A DNA stretch of 64,000 nt from Folioceros fuciformis. Taxonomy: Eukaryota. The stretch is taken from NCBI GenBank assembly GCA_049999805.1, contig JBNGIO010006258.1, positions 178,486 to 242,485 on the forward strand, in the 5' to 3' direction. The position numbers and the translations under genes are program-made. The notes beneath the pieces are model-generated. The model did not search any database. It was not told the origin of the DNA and saw nothing but the letters and a program-made list of their open reading frames with translations. Each line of letters starts with the position of its first letter. Within the stretch, counting starts at the first letter, position 1. Below are positions 31,050-44,078 of the stretch, piece after piece.

Positions 31050-31330
31050 CAAGCTGGTAGCTCGGTAAAGATCATGTGTGAAATGCAGAATGCACAGAAG
31101 CATAGAGGTTTCCTTGACAGCATGGCCACGGAGGATTGAAGTAACATATCGACGACACTCATTGCTGGACATGTACAGCAACGGCTTGGACAATGAGGCG
31201 CTTGTTCTTGTTCTGTATGGACAAATGGAAGAGGAGGACCTCGTTTCGGCCGACGATGTTGCTTTTCCTTGCCTGGCCAGGCATGGGAACACTGTGTTGC
31301 CTTACGAGAAGGGCAGCCAGGGAAGGGATC
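31050..31330 (+). pseudogene. Possible decayed PLS-class PPR fragment
   Basis: Frameshifted pieces FLDSM, TTLIAGHVQQ, EAL..LYGQMEEE...DDVAFPCL resemble a P-type PPR motif; no intact ORF. Confidence 0.4.
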
Positions 31331-31996
31331 TCATGCGTTTATGAAATTCCCAAGTAAGTTGGGCAGACTGTCACAGTACTTGCATTGCGAACTAAAGTTG
31401 TGCGGGAAAGAGGAAGAGACCAACTGCAGAAGGGGATTCGTGTGGTTAGATTGAAGCTGGCATTTTAGAGCAGCTGGCTCTAGCCGTATCGGTACTCAAA
31501 ATGGAGATGATAGGGGTTCCCTTCAGGTTGGCAATGGGGATAGAGGATAGCAATGGGGGCAGAGGATGGCAAGGGAGCAAAGGATCGCAATGGGAAGAGA
31601 GGATGGCAGTGGCGCGGAGCATGGCAAGGCAGCACGAGGAAGATCTCTCTGCTGAAAGCCCATCAGTCAGCCGTTTACTCTACGCTCGGGAAGCCATGCC
31701 CCTGTGCAACTTAACCCCATCGACGGGAATGGTGAGCATGTTAGGCCGTAATCAGTCCCTAGTGCATTCTAATAGAACTCTTCTTCCTCCTCCTTAGGGG
31801 TAGGAGAGCGGACGCGGCGAACTTGCCGCGGCTGGGGTACGCTAAATGGTCGCTTAACAGCCCAAACGGTCAGGCAGGTGAAGGCCCTGCTAGAGCAGTA
31901 GAAAGGCTGTGACAGACTCCACTGTGCTGCTACCATGAAATGCCGTGAAGTTCCAGTGTCCTGCTACCATCTGTGTGAAGGAAGCTGGAGGGGAAG

Positions 31997-33160
31997 ATGG
32001 CAGCCTCCTCAGCGACGATGGCGGCCCAAGCGCAGACTCAGGCGCACGCTGTGCAGCCTGCATTTTGCGGTGTTCGGCTGAGCCGAGGTCGGGTCCTGGA
32101 GGCCAGGGTGGCAGCATGTCCCAGCATGCAGGTAGTTTCCTTCGATGCGCTCAGGCTGCAGGTGAAGAGGAGGCCAGGCGGGCCAGTGGAGAGGAACAGC
32201 AAGAGCAGCAAGCCGGTGGAGGTGTGGGCCAGCAAGGTGGCCCTCCGGGCGCCGGATCTGGAGGGAGCCAAAGAGCCGCCTGTGAATCTCTTCAAGCCGA
32301 AGCAGCCGTTCGAGGCGACGATCAGGTCGGTGGAGCGGATTGTCGGGCCCAAGGCGCCCGGGGAGACCTGCCATATTGTGATCGACCACGGCGGGAATGT
32401 GCCGTACTGGGAGGGGCAGAGCTACGGCATCATCCCGCCCGGGGAGAATCCTAAGAAGCCCGGGACTCCGCATGCTGTGCGCCTCTACTCTATCGCGTCC
32501 ACCAGGTATGGCGATGGTTTTGATGGCAACACGGCCAGTTTGTGCGTGCGGAGAGCCGTGTACTACGACCCGGAGACGGGGAAGGAGGATCCGAGTAAGA
32601 AAGGCGTGTGCAGCAATTACCTCTGCGACAGCAAGCCTGGGGACAAAGTGCTCATCTCGGGGCCGTGCGGGAAAGTGATGTTGCTGCCAGAGGAGGATCC
32701 GAACGCGACGCATATTATGGTGGCTACCGGAACGGGGATTGCGCCATATAGAGGATATTTGAGACGGATGTTTATGGAGGATGTCTCCTCATACAAGTTC
32801 GGGGGCCTGGCTTGGTTGTTCCTTGGGGTAGCCAACAGTGACAGCCTCCTTTACGATGATGAGTTCACGATCTACAAGTCGAAGTTTCCAGATAAGTTTA
32901 GATACGATGTTGCGCTCAGCCGTGAGCAGAGCAACGCCAGAGGTGGGAAGATGTATGTGCAGGACAAGATTGAAGAGTACAGCGAGGAGTTGTTCCAGCT
33001 TCTGGACAAGGGAGCTCACATCTACTTTTGTGGCTTGAAAGGCATGATGCCTGGGATCCAGGACACCTTGCAGAGAGTGGCGGAGACAAGAGGAGAGAGC
33101 TGGGAAGAAAAACTATTGCTTTTGAAGAAGAGAAAGCAATGGCACGTTGAGGTCTACTAA
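31997..33160 (+). CDS. RFNR: Ferredoxin-NADP+ reductase, root (heterotrophic) type, plastid-targeted, intronless
   Basis: Single 387-aa ORF; Ala/Ser-rich transit peptide; [56 protein letters not shown]-terminal WHVEVY. Confidence 0.96.
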   Translation: MAASSATMAAQAQTQAHAVQPAFCGVRLSRGRVLEARVAACPSMQVVSFDALRLQVKRRPGGPVERNSKSSKPVEVWASKVALRAPDLEGAKEPPVNLFKPKQPFEATIRSVERIVGPKAPGETCHIVIDHGGNVPYWEGQSYGIIPPGENPKKPGTPHAVRLYSIASTRYGDGFDGNTASLCVRRAVYYDPETGKEDPSKKGVCSNYLCDSKPGDKVLISGPCGKVMLLPEEDPNATHIMVATGTGIAPYRGYLRRMFMEDVSSYKFGGLAWLFLGVANSDSLLYDDEFTIYKSKFPDKFRYDVALSREQSNARGGKMYVQDKIEEYSEELFQLLDKGAHIYFCGLKGMMPGIQDTLQRVAETRGESWEEKLLLLKKRKQWHVEVY

Positions 33161-34652
33161 TTGGAACGCTTACTACCGACCAAGGCTGAGGTCAGGTCTT
33201 GGCAGTCCATGTTTGAGCAAATGCTTACGATAACCAATTTTGGCAGTCCATGTTCGCACAAATGCCTATGATAACCAATTTTTGATGTCTCAAGTTGTTG
33301 TCACCGTTGACATGAATCTATTTTGATGCAACGTGAGAGCTCGTGTGAGGAGCGTGTGTGTGACATCTTTGTGGCCTTGTAGCTACAGTAAGAATTGTGC
33401 ATTTCCTGTTTGTTCAGTCTGATGAAGTGCAATTCTGACTAAATATATGCCTTCGCCAACGAACCAGCACCGCCTGTGAATAAGCAAGTTTTGGTTCACA
33501 AAAGTAGTTGGACCTGGTATGTTTTCGGCTTCTGAACTAGGACGGCACTAATCCGTTGATTATAGTTAATGCGCCCAAAAGAATGGAAGTAACAAAATGA
33601 CACCGTACTTCGAAAGAATCGCTACACTAATACCTGACGAGCCTGAAGGTCATCTTTTATCAAAGCCCTTTGCCAAAGTGGTGAGTGATACAAATAGCAC
33701 CATATGGTAAGCCTTTTCCTAGTCGGAACAGAAGGCTAATTGCCGCTTGTGTGAATAGACAGCCCTGCCCCAACTTCCCAAGAAAAGCTGACAGGCAGGT
33801 TGTCAGCTGTTGGATTGTACTGTCCCTGGCAGTCCTCTCTGACGATGCTGTGGAGGCCCTCACCACCGGGAGCGGCCCTTTCAAAGCTGTTGCTGATTCC
33901 TCCGGTGGTTGGCCAGAGTATCGTACTACATACATCTGCTGAGCTGCTCATTGAGTTTCGCAAGGGTTGCTGTGAAGACTATGCAGGATTCCGAGCGATG
34001 CAGGTTTGCCAAACAGAAGCTCGATCAGGAAATATACCACTGCCCATCATCTCCCTCAGCTTTGCGGTACTGACAGAGTTCCCTTTGAAGATGCAAAAAG
34101 GTGAACAAGGTTATGAACTGCGATCAAAGTTCATGCGATGCCAAATCGAAATGCCGACACAGCTATCATGGGATGGGGTCTCAACCTGATGGTTTTCTGC
34201 TGGTGGGTATAGGGTTGATGTCGCTGCCTAGTGGTGTTTGATCAAATACTGTCTGTATCTCTTGCCCACGCATCTCTCTGAATTTTCTTTCACTGGTTTG
34301 CTTAGCTAAAGGTCTTGAGTAGAAGCCTTCACAGGTTGATTTATCTGCAGGCACAAACATTCCAACGCTCACTTCCGACTGCCAAACCGTCTTACGCTAC
34401 CTTCACCTTTGTGGAACCTACAGACTCGTGCTCGCTGTTAGAGACAAGACAGTTTTGGGAAAGATGGATGGTTGATATCTCAGTACCGACGAGAAGGGTA
34501 AAACATCAAAAAACTGTGCATGGCAAGGGGATTTCCCACACTTGCGCAGCGACTTTACATATTTTGGGGCTACCAACAGCCCACGGTGGCCCGAAGACTA
34601 CGCAATCAGAGAGCCATGATCTAACGTAACAGGCTGCTCCAGAATGAGACGT

Positions 34653-36879
34653 CTACACAAGAGCTATGCTGCTGTCTCCACCTGGTGGCTTGCGGATTCC
34701 ACCAATAGAGTCTCGTGGAGGAGGTCTCTCATCGGCGAAGATGTCGCTGCCAGTCATCTCTTTCAGTTTTGCTTGACTGAGAGCCTTCTCCACAGATAGA
34801 GTAGGTGTTTCGTCCTTGAAAATGTTGCTCCCGGTGAGCTCAGCCAGCTTCTGATCATGAACTTTTTTTGCCAACATCTCGGCTTGCTCGGCCCCGAACA
34901 GAATCTGACTCTTACCTCCTGCGGGCTGCCAACCGACAACAGGTAGTTAGCAATCACAAACAACTGGTTGGTGGTCAAGACAACACGCAGGCTTACGACA
35001 GCAGCAACTTACGTTTGACACCCTCACAGAAGTATGAATGTTGCGAAGCTGCGAATCTGGGCTGGCGGTTTTGTTGTGCTCCCTGATTTCATTTCGCTGC
35101 ACCGATCTTGGTGCATCCACGGGGGGAGGCCCAAAAATATTACTTCCACTGAGTTCCTTAGCCTTGTTGTTGGAAAACTGCCTCCCGCGATGAATATCCT
35201 GTGGGTTCTCAAGGTTGCCACACAGTTCACGCTGCTTTGCGACCTCAGGAATCGACGTGGGTTTCTTTGGAGAAACTATCTCTTCTCCTCCGAAGGAAAT
35301 CTGGCTCGCACCTCCCGCAGGCTTCAAGATGGACATAAAAGGACGGCATCAGATAATTCCTTGAAGATTCGAAAAGTGCGCCTTGAGTAAAGGGAAATAA
35401 AGCTGGAGAGGCTCCTCACAACTACCTGGTGAGATAGCCGAACGCTGGGGGTGTAGGCAGCTTTTTCTGCCTCAATTCCATCTGCTGAGTCAGCCCCAAA
35501 TATTCCACTTCCTGACATTTCCCTCCTCTTCGATTCGGATCCAGGCCTCCTGAAACTTAGGGTCAGACACAAATAGAGATCAACAAAATGCTTTAGGGCA
35601 ACCGATTGCAGTCCCAACGTAAGAGCCCATAGAGCTTGAACGGGTGATCACAACCTGCGACCCCTCTTTCTGTAAAGGACTGACGACATGCTTAGATCCA
35701 TGGACTTCATGCACTGTTAACAAGCTTGGAGAAACACAAGGGCGTTGAATAAGTGGCACTACAGATCCACCTGCAGGTCCAGCGTTTGCAAGGTTTTTGT
35801 TTCCGTGGCAAGCGTGACTACTCACTCACAATCCGGATGATGAGCAGAGAAAGCAGGTACCTTTTGAGGAGCGCATCCGCTTCCTCTTGAGAGATTTGCT
35901 CGCCAAAGTTGATGTGGCTCACTCCACCAGCAGGCTGCACAGGTTCACCTTCCATGTCAGAAGCTTGGCCACAAAACCAAGACTCATCCCAGCGCCACTC
36001 TACCAAGCGTGTCTACCGAGTGCTGTAACGCAACGAAAAGATGAACGATGGTGAAATAGAGCATTGAAACCAGTCCATGATCAACGCAATATTGATGCAG
36101 TTCAACACTTACTGCTGCCATGATGAAAGATCCTGTATTCCTAGGGGAACGTTCTATTCAGCGTCCAGACAGCTTGATGGCTAGCTCTGTGCATTATATT
36201 TTAGGAAATGATTGTGCATGCAAGTTTCAGTGCTTCTTCGGAGCAAAGATTTCAGGGCATTTTCCGTCCAGTGCAAGTCCCGCAAGCAAAACAGCATCAA
36301 TAGAAGGCAAAACATGGAACACCACCATTGCCACAGAATCGTAGCAAGGCATCACACGCGTGCACACACACAGAGCCTTATCCTGCAGGTCAATCGCCTA
36401 CGCATAACACAAGCACCCCTATATGCAGACGAGGTGTTCCATATCCACGGAAGAGAAACAAGAATAAGACCGGAAACAAAAGACGCAACGCACTATTGCG
36501 ATACGCCAGGGATCGCATGTCCTCCACTCGACCTCTACGTCGCATGTAAGCCAAGAACCTCCGAGACGCCCCAACGTTCTGCTATCGTATGACACCATCC
36601 CGCCCAAACCCCGCAATCCACATCACCCTCAATCGGCACTCTGCTTTCCAAAGTAGAACGCACCTGATGCATCCGGATTGTAGGCCGGCCCACGGGGCTG
36701 GCAAACACAGCTTGTTGGTCATTGACGGAGGCGAATCCATTGCTGTCGTTAGTGGCTGAGACTCGCACTGGAGGGCGGGCCGATGAGTTGTCAGAGCCGT
36801 CGTACCAGCTGAAAAGTTCGAAGGTGGAGTTTCCTCCGGGAGTCCCCTTCCGCGCTGGGCTCTTGAATTCCACAGGCAT
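34653..36879 (-). CDS. DUF4057-family protein (PAGGxS repeats), 5 coding exons
   Basis: Exons ending RMHQ, then PAGGVSHINFGEQISQEEADALLKR, RPGSESKRREMSGSGIF, PAGGASQISFGGEEIVSPKKPTSIPEVAKQREL, PAGGKSQILFG...RKPPGGDSSIALV*. Confidence 0.9.
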
Positions 36880-37068
36880 TTCTTGAAACCACGGCTACCG
36901 CAAAACTAGAATTATCCGGGAGCGAGCAGGGAAAGCCCGATGCGGATCCTCGGCGGCACCTCCACACACCGCTGCCACCAGCAGCCTTAATTCCCCGCTT
37001 CCTATCCGGACCCCGGCAGCGGCAAACCCTGCGAAAAGCGGAGCCGTGCAGCAGAGCGCAGCATCAGA

Positions 37069-37168
37069 NNNNNNNNNNNNNNNNNNNNNNNNNNNNNNNN
37101 NNNNNNNNNNNNNNNNNNNNNNNNNNNNNNNNNNNNNNNNNNNNNNNNNNNNNNNNNNNNNNNNNNNN
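37069..37168. other. Assembly gap (100 N)
   Basis: Run of exactly 100 N; the true distance is unknown. Confidence 0.99.
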
Positions 37169-39263
37169 TCCCCGCTCACAAAAGCAAACAAGAAGGGCAG
37201 CTTCCAAACCCCCGCAATCAAGCAGCAAAACACCCGAAACAACCAGCTCCTCCGTCAGGGTCACCGGCATTACCTCCAAAGGCTCCCCTGGCAGCCGTAA
37301 CAGAAGCGAGGCAGCCAGAAAATGCGAAGGCGCACACGACCAGGGCGGCGATGGACGCAGCAGCCGGGACGGCGATGGAGATGGCGGACGAGGGAAACGA
37401 GACGCGACAGGGGCAAAAGGCAGCAAAGGATGGAGACGCGGAGGAGCAGGGCCCGAGACGGGTTCCGTGCAGCAAGAGCTGACGATGGCGCAGAAGGTGA
37501 TGAAGAAGACCAGAGCCAGAGCAGCAGAGAGGCACAGGTAGGGAGAGAGAAGGCGCGAAAACCAGAAAAGCGAGAGAGAGACGGTTAACATAACTGCTCT
37601 GCTCTAACCGCGGTCAGCTGCAGCTCATGTCAGCGTAACCCGTAGTTAGAAAGTGGAGGGAAAGGACAGCCAGCTAGAAATGGGGTTGTCTGTCCGTGCA
37701 GGGCAGTGAGCGCATGGGAGAGTCGAGCACCTCCGCCCGGGGGGCCTTGGGCTGGAGCCTGGGACTCTTGGGAGTGGAGCGCCAAATTCAAATCCCGGGT
37801 CGGCCCGAGCCTCGCTCCTGCCCCCATTGCACCTGAGACCTGACCCCGACCCTGACCCGCCTCCCATCGCCTGGCTGGCCCTCACTCAAAAGTGGTCTGT
37901 CCCCCCTGCCGCTGGCCGCTGCCGAATGCGCTTGCGTCATTTGAATCCCAGTACTGCTTGGGTCTCGGGGACGAAACCACTTGGCTGCGTTGCGTTTCTG
38001 GAATCGAGCTTGCGCTTGCTTTGCAATCAAGCCAACTTCTACACGTTTTGCGTCTACGCCTTGCTGTTGGACGATGTGAAAATGCTGCGTAAATGTGCAA
38101 TATTTTAATTCGAAAAATATCTCTTCTTATAGGGGTGGTACTCTTGTCCGTTGTAGATACGATACGAGGGTGTGGCAAGAGGGAGGCCTTACGCAACAAA
38201 TTCCAGACCTTGATAAAATTGGAAGATGCGCCGAGAGGAGGGGATATTTCTGGTCGGGGAGTGCCGATTCGAATTCAAAATGTGAATGCCGTCTGGCGGG
38301 CAGCGCCGGGCTCGGCTGGGGAGGCATGGGCCAGGGGTCAAGGGTCACGCCTGCGGTATTCATGCAAGATACGTGGGCATTTATGCGGCTATGTTTGGTA
38401 GAGCAGTGAGGTAAACGTTGTGACCAGTACCTCTTGATGAGACTGCACTCTTGGGCGACTCACAGTCTTCAGTCGGATAGGGACTACAGCTGCTAGATAT
38501 GTAGCAAGGAACAGACGAAGACGGAGAGGGACGCACCTCCTCACACCCGAGGGCGATGGGACGAGAAAGGGACGATGACAAGAGAGTCAGGTCACATTAG
38601 GTGTGCAGTACCTGAGTAAGCGGGACTGTCCTCAATTCTCCCTGCAGGCATGTACATACACTACACTGTGGGCTCATCTCTAATCATGGATTGCCCCAAA
38701 GTGGGCTACCTCATTGCTTGGGGTTCGGCAAGGAAGGACACGTACAGTACGTCTTGGACTAGGTGGTAAGTACATGTTCTTCCGTCCAGAGCTAGCAAGC
38801 GAGTGTGAGATACATACTGTACGTACTTGCCGTGGTTGCCTGATACTTCACCTGGGGTTCAGAGGAAACACAATCTCGTCCTACGACGGCATGGTGATCA
38901 ATTTTAGTAACATTTATCATTCGTTCGTATCGTACACAACACAAGACAGCTACGCCATCCACGAGGCAAGATTATTTTTTACAGTCAAATACTAAGTACA
39001 CCTGCACGCAGAAAGCATACAAGGCGGACCATCGGATGCAGGAAGGAATATGACCAGGAGTATGTTACAATATCAGACTCACGACCTGCTTTCTTGTATA
39101 CATGGGACGAGACTCGGGTTGCTGCAAACCTGGCGCCTGACAGTGCGACACGCTTGCGCCCGCGAATTCACGGGAAGTGGGGCGCCCGTGCAGTCGCAAC
39201 AATTTCCAGGAACAGCTCCTGCAGGAACGCTGTACAAGATGGGCCTCAACCTGCTATGAGTCA

Positions 39264-42200
39264 TCACTGCCTTGGCACTGGCCCTGCCAGCGATATGAAG
39301 GTCTCCACATCGAAATCTTGAGTTTGAAAGGCGAAGGTACCATGTCCCCTGCCGTCCACACTTGCCCAGGAGCCTTCCATGACTCTCGTTGAGGATTCAA
39401 GACATCGCAAATCAATTTGCCCACAATAATGAACCGATGCTGACTTGCCAGGTTCATACACCTTCACCATTTTGATTCTCAAGGTGTAGTAGGGCTCACG
39501 AGTATAAGAACCTGCGTCCAGAAATGCCATCATAATTCAACAGGATCGATCACACAATGATCTTTGGAGCGTAAGCTCATGCCCAAGCGTTGGCCCAAAG
39601 AACGAGAACAACACCACAATTTGGTACCGAGAAGTGCAACAGCACAGAGCAGACTCACCTAGATATGTGTAGGTCCCTTCTACATCGCAGCCAAAGCCTA
39701 ATATACGGTTGTTGTTCGTGAAAACAAAATCGGAGTCGTTAGATCCGCGTTTATTGCTGTCGGTGCTCATTTCACAATAGCCAGTCCATTGTTGTCCATA
39801 ACCTTTTCTTCCAGCTGCCTTATCAATTTCCAGGCGAAATGCTTGGGGATTCCGCCGAGGTGCATTCGCATTCACTTGCCAGTGACCTTCGATCACCTCA
39901 ACATCATTCAGGATGCTTCTAACACCCTTGTACAGGACCCGAGACTGCGGCCTGTCCAGATATTGCGTCCGTAGCTCCAATTGATTGCCGTCCGCATCAC
40001 CTGATACCGGAGATGGAGGATCAACATTCGGGTCTTTGCACATCAATGTCCAGACATGGAAAGGATACAGCAGACTCGGTGAGTTGGTTACCTTCCCAGG
40101 TCCACTCTCCGCTTGAATCACGACCAAACCCACATAACCTATTACTGCTTGTCACATACAGTTCTGCAGTCATTTCGAGAAATCGCCCATCTTGTTGGTA
40201 CCCTCCTTTCCAAACCTCCAGCTCAGTAACACTGAGCGGGAGCTACAAAGAGGAAAAAGAAAACGGGCGTCAATAATGAGAACTCTCTTCTACAAGAAGT
40301 TCCAAGACTTGACAGATGACACTCGTCAACAAGATCAGGACCTAACCTCCAAAATCAACACATACCGGCACACAGCTGGAGACTGAGGGACAGAGTTCAG
40401 CACAGAAATCTCGTGTCTCCAACCGAAAGATCCCATTTCCAGGATCGGGGCCAGGTGCAACATTCAACCATTTTCCCTCCATGAGAGTTGAAGCCTGGAA
40501 TCTTATATATAATTGTCCCCAGTACATCACACACGGAGAAGTGTTGGGTTCGTAGACCTTCAAGGTAGTGATCTTCAAAGTGTTTCCTTCTTGGGCATAT
40601 GTCCCTGCATGTCGACCATACTCAGATGGGGTCACAGAATGAGCAGCTCAATTCAACTACAATTAACCGTGTGACAATCCTCTGAAAGGAGGACTGATCA
40701 ATGTCCCGACAGTGAAGAAAACATGCCATTACGGGATCAATTGCAAGCCTTTGCTGTCAAGTAGAAGATAGAAAAAGGACTTCTCGATAGACACCTGTGT
40801 GAGTGAAGCTGCCCTCCATATCACTTCCGAAACCAAACATCTTATTATGACTGGTGAAAACAAACTCCGTGTCATCTGTCCCACGTCGACCACTGCTGAA
40901 CTGCCAATAGCCTGTCCAAAGTTGTCCGTAAGCTGTATTCATTGATGACGTCTCTCGCTGAAGGGAGAATTTTCCATCGACCCTCCCATGACTTGTCAAG
41001 TTTGACCAGGTCCCTTCCAGTACCTCCTTTCCCTCTTCGTTAAAGCATTTTGTACCAAAGTATCTAACACGGTAACCACGCTTGTTTATGTACTGCTTGT
41101 GAAGAGAGACTTGATGATTGCCAACATATTCACCTATTTCAACACCCAATGAAATCCTAATCAGGAATCGATCACAATCTACCATTCGCTGCTACTTGGA
41201 CAAAACAGAAACGCCACACACACCTTCCCATGTCCATTGTCCACCAGCGTCACTCCCATAGCCACAAAGCCTATTACGGTTGGTAAGATACAAAGCTGCT
41301 GTCAGGCTTCGCTTCAATCCATCCTGCTCATGCCAGCCCTTCCAAGACTCCAACACACCTGGGATACGGGGGCTCTGCAAACATGACAACTCACTGTCAC
41401 TTCACTCCCTGTCCAGCTAGAGAGGATTCAACACGATGAAGATGAATGCTATGAACGTACAAGCACACACCAGTCTGTTCGAAGACAAGGGACCAGGAAA
41501 CACTCCAGGAAATCCCCTTGTTGCAAGTCGAAATCGCCCATGTGCATTATGTCCAACTCCACCAAAAATGCCTTCCAGGACTGTTGGAACCCCTGACAAC
41601 CCTTTGAACAGCTGACCCCAGTAGAGTAGACAAGTCGAATCACGCTGTGGGTGGTCATAAAGTTTCAAGAAAGCAACTTTAACCCGGTTCCCTTCCTGCG
41701 CATAGGTGCCTGCCACAACAACCACACAACACAGGAATTGAGAGCATGTAAGACCAATCTAAAATCAATTGCGTATGAAAAGTTTGAGCTAAAGAACTCA
41801 CCTAAGTACATGAAGCGGCCAAGGTTGTCTTTCCCAGAGCCAAATAGCTTGTTATGGCTTGTGAAAACAATGTCACTACCCTCAGTATTGAGGTCCATCA
41901 TGGTCTCATCCTGCTCCCAGGAGCCAGCCCACTGTTGAGCACGCCCTGCTTTTGGAGATGATAAAACCCTTTCCAAATGAAATCCACCTTTCTTTTGATT
42001 GCTATCACTTAGACGGCTTTGGTCACCCTCCATGTACTCAGTCCCATTGGTCTTGAGATGTCTTTTGCCAATGTATAGCACTTGCTTGTCCCGCTGATAT
42101 ACATACTGCACTCGGAACTTCACATCATCACCTGAACAATGACCTGCTTACATGTAGAAAGGAACAAAAGTTGAACGTGAGAAATCTTCCTGATGGGCAC

Positions 42201-44078
42201 GATTGACCACAAGCCTTGTCCGTCACATGTAATTGTCCTCGTGTAAGATCTACAAGTCTAATATAGCTTTTCATCCAAGTATTGTGTGCATCCAAACGTA
42301 AGGCATCTTTCGGCCGCTGATTTGAAGGGCATGACCTACCTTCCATAATCCAGTCGCCACTTGCATCACTGCCATGGCCATACAACCTGTTTTGGCTGGT
42401 TACAAACATCTCCAGGTACATGTTGAGGCTGAGGCTGTCAGATCGATACCAGCCCATCCAGGACTGCAGCTCACCAGATATCTGGCACATCTACATGCAC
42501 TACACAACATCAGAGGGCTGTTTATGCTGCGAGAATCTTGAACATTCGACAAAATTTCCCCACTTTGAATACCTGGGCATTCTCTTCCATATCCCGATAA
42601 AGCATACCAGCCAAGCTTGGTTCATCAAGGTCCTTCAACAAGGTCAAGGATGAGCCGCCACGACTCTTTTGCTCCTGCAAGGCGCACCTAGCAGAAACAA
42701 GTAACTTGGTACAGCAAGAATCTGATTCTGCCCATTTGAGCACATTTTCCAGCATCGAAATGGCCTCCTCGTACTCCATCTGATCAACTTTCCTTGCAGC
42801 TTCATCACGATATTCGCGCCGGCGGGTCAAGTAGCTAGCCTCCTGTTCTGGAAACATTTCAAAGAGCCTCCCCCGGACATCCACATCATCGCATATAATG
42901 GAGAAAGGATCACGGTTGTCGTAGGGCCCTCGAGTCACATTGTGGTCGATTATAGTCCAGCGATCATAGGTGCGACCATCATTGCACTTGACAGGATCAA
43001 CTAGCGTCTCCCATGTGAGCGGATCCTGGTACCACTGAGGTGGCGTAGAAAACTTTTGCTCATGGCTTCTGGAGGCCCCATTTACTGTGGCCAAAACCTG
43101 CATGGTAAATTACTCGACTGCATCAGAAAGTGCTTTGATCATTGCAGACCACTCCCTCTTACGTACCACTGCACGAAACAGCTGCCAGAAGGCCATCTCA
43201 GAAGTTGCCCATAACCCTTGACCTTGCAGTTACCAATTCTGCGTGTACAACGTAACCAAAACCACACGAGCCAAATCCGAGCTCTTACGTCATCTAGGAA
43301 GTCCCCAGAACAAGTGCCCTTGGCAGCCTCCTCGATCCTCTTGCACGTCCGGATATCCAAACCAGGCTGTAACACATAGCGCAAAGCAGAAAGCCTCTGC
43401 GCCGAGCTAGTATGCTCCACGCAGGCATGTCCCGAACGAGGTTCAACAACTCTCAATTCCAGCAAAGCCAGGCCCTCCAGAAACATGGCGTCTCCTCCCT
43501 TACTAACAAGACCTACCTGCATTCCCGCACTGCAAGTAAGCACCAAGACTGGCACCATCCACAACCACAAAACCGCAAGCACAACAATTTTACACAACTC
43601 CTCACATCTAAAGCGGTAACAAGAAGAGCAATCTGATAGCTATAGAACAAGCCCTCCTGAATCCTGAGCAGGTCTTGCTCAAAGAACCCTAGCCCCGACC
43701 CGAGCACAAAATCCCCCGTGTTCAGCTCGCATTTCAGAAACTCGGCAGCTCGGTCCAGATTAGTAAGCAACAATCCTGCACGCAAAGCCACAGACACGAA
43801 TGACTCATCCTCCTTCCTGCAGCAACGCGAACACAAACACCAACATTCGCACGCATCCATTGCCCCGCACCGAAACAGAGAGCCGACGGCCTACTGCCAA
43901 TGACCGTGTCCCGCAAAACAGGCAGTTTTGCCTCCAGCTTTTTGGCGAAGATCTCAATCTGCAGCGCATTGCTGGATTCTGCAACCTTGTCATTGAAGAG
44001 AGCTTTGCAGCGTTGTAGGAGGGCGTGGACGTGTTGGGCAGCTGCAACCACCTCAGGCGTGGTGCACAGTCCTGTCAT
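39264..44078 (-). CDS. Uncharacterised protein, about 1113 aa: helical N-terminus, U-box, TPR-like helices and 6 tandem W/G-rich beta-repeats (beta-repeat gene B; putative E3 ubiquitin ligase)
   Basis: Exons 44078-43891, 43816-43606, 43516-43289, 43097-42573, 42490-42340, 42131-41802, 41709-41471, 41374-41224, 41133-40795, 40604-40366, 40242-40092, 40000-39659, 39511-39264; frame-consistent. U-box-like PPQWYQDPLTWETLVDPVKCNDGRTYDRWTI...GPYD; TPR-like EYEEAISMLENVLKW. The first donor is non-canonical (see findings), so the 5' end is less certain than the rest. Confidence 0.82.

Noticed and set aside
32009-32713. 234-aa antisense ORF and 169-aa alternate-frame ORF over FNR
   Set aside because: Shadow ORFs expected from GC-rich codon usage.
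26189-33160. Peroxidase-CHIL-FNR as a biosynthetic gene cluster
   Set aside because: No scaffold-forming enzyme is present, and adjacency in a compact genome is sufficient explanation.
36895-37591. ORFs spanning the N-run
   Set aside because: Artefacts of the assembly gap in the 5' region of the DUF4057 gene.
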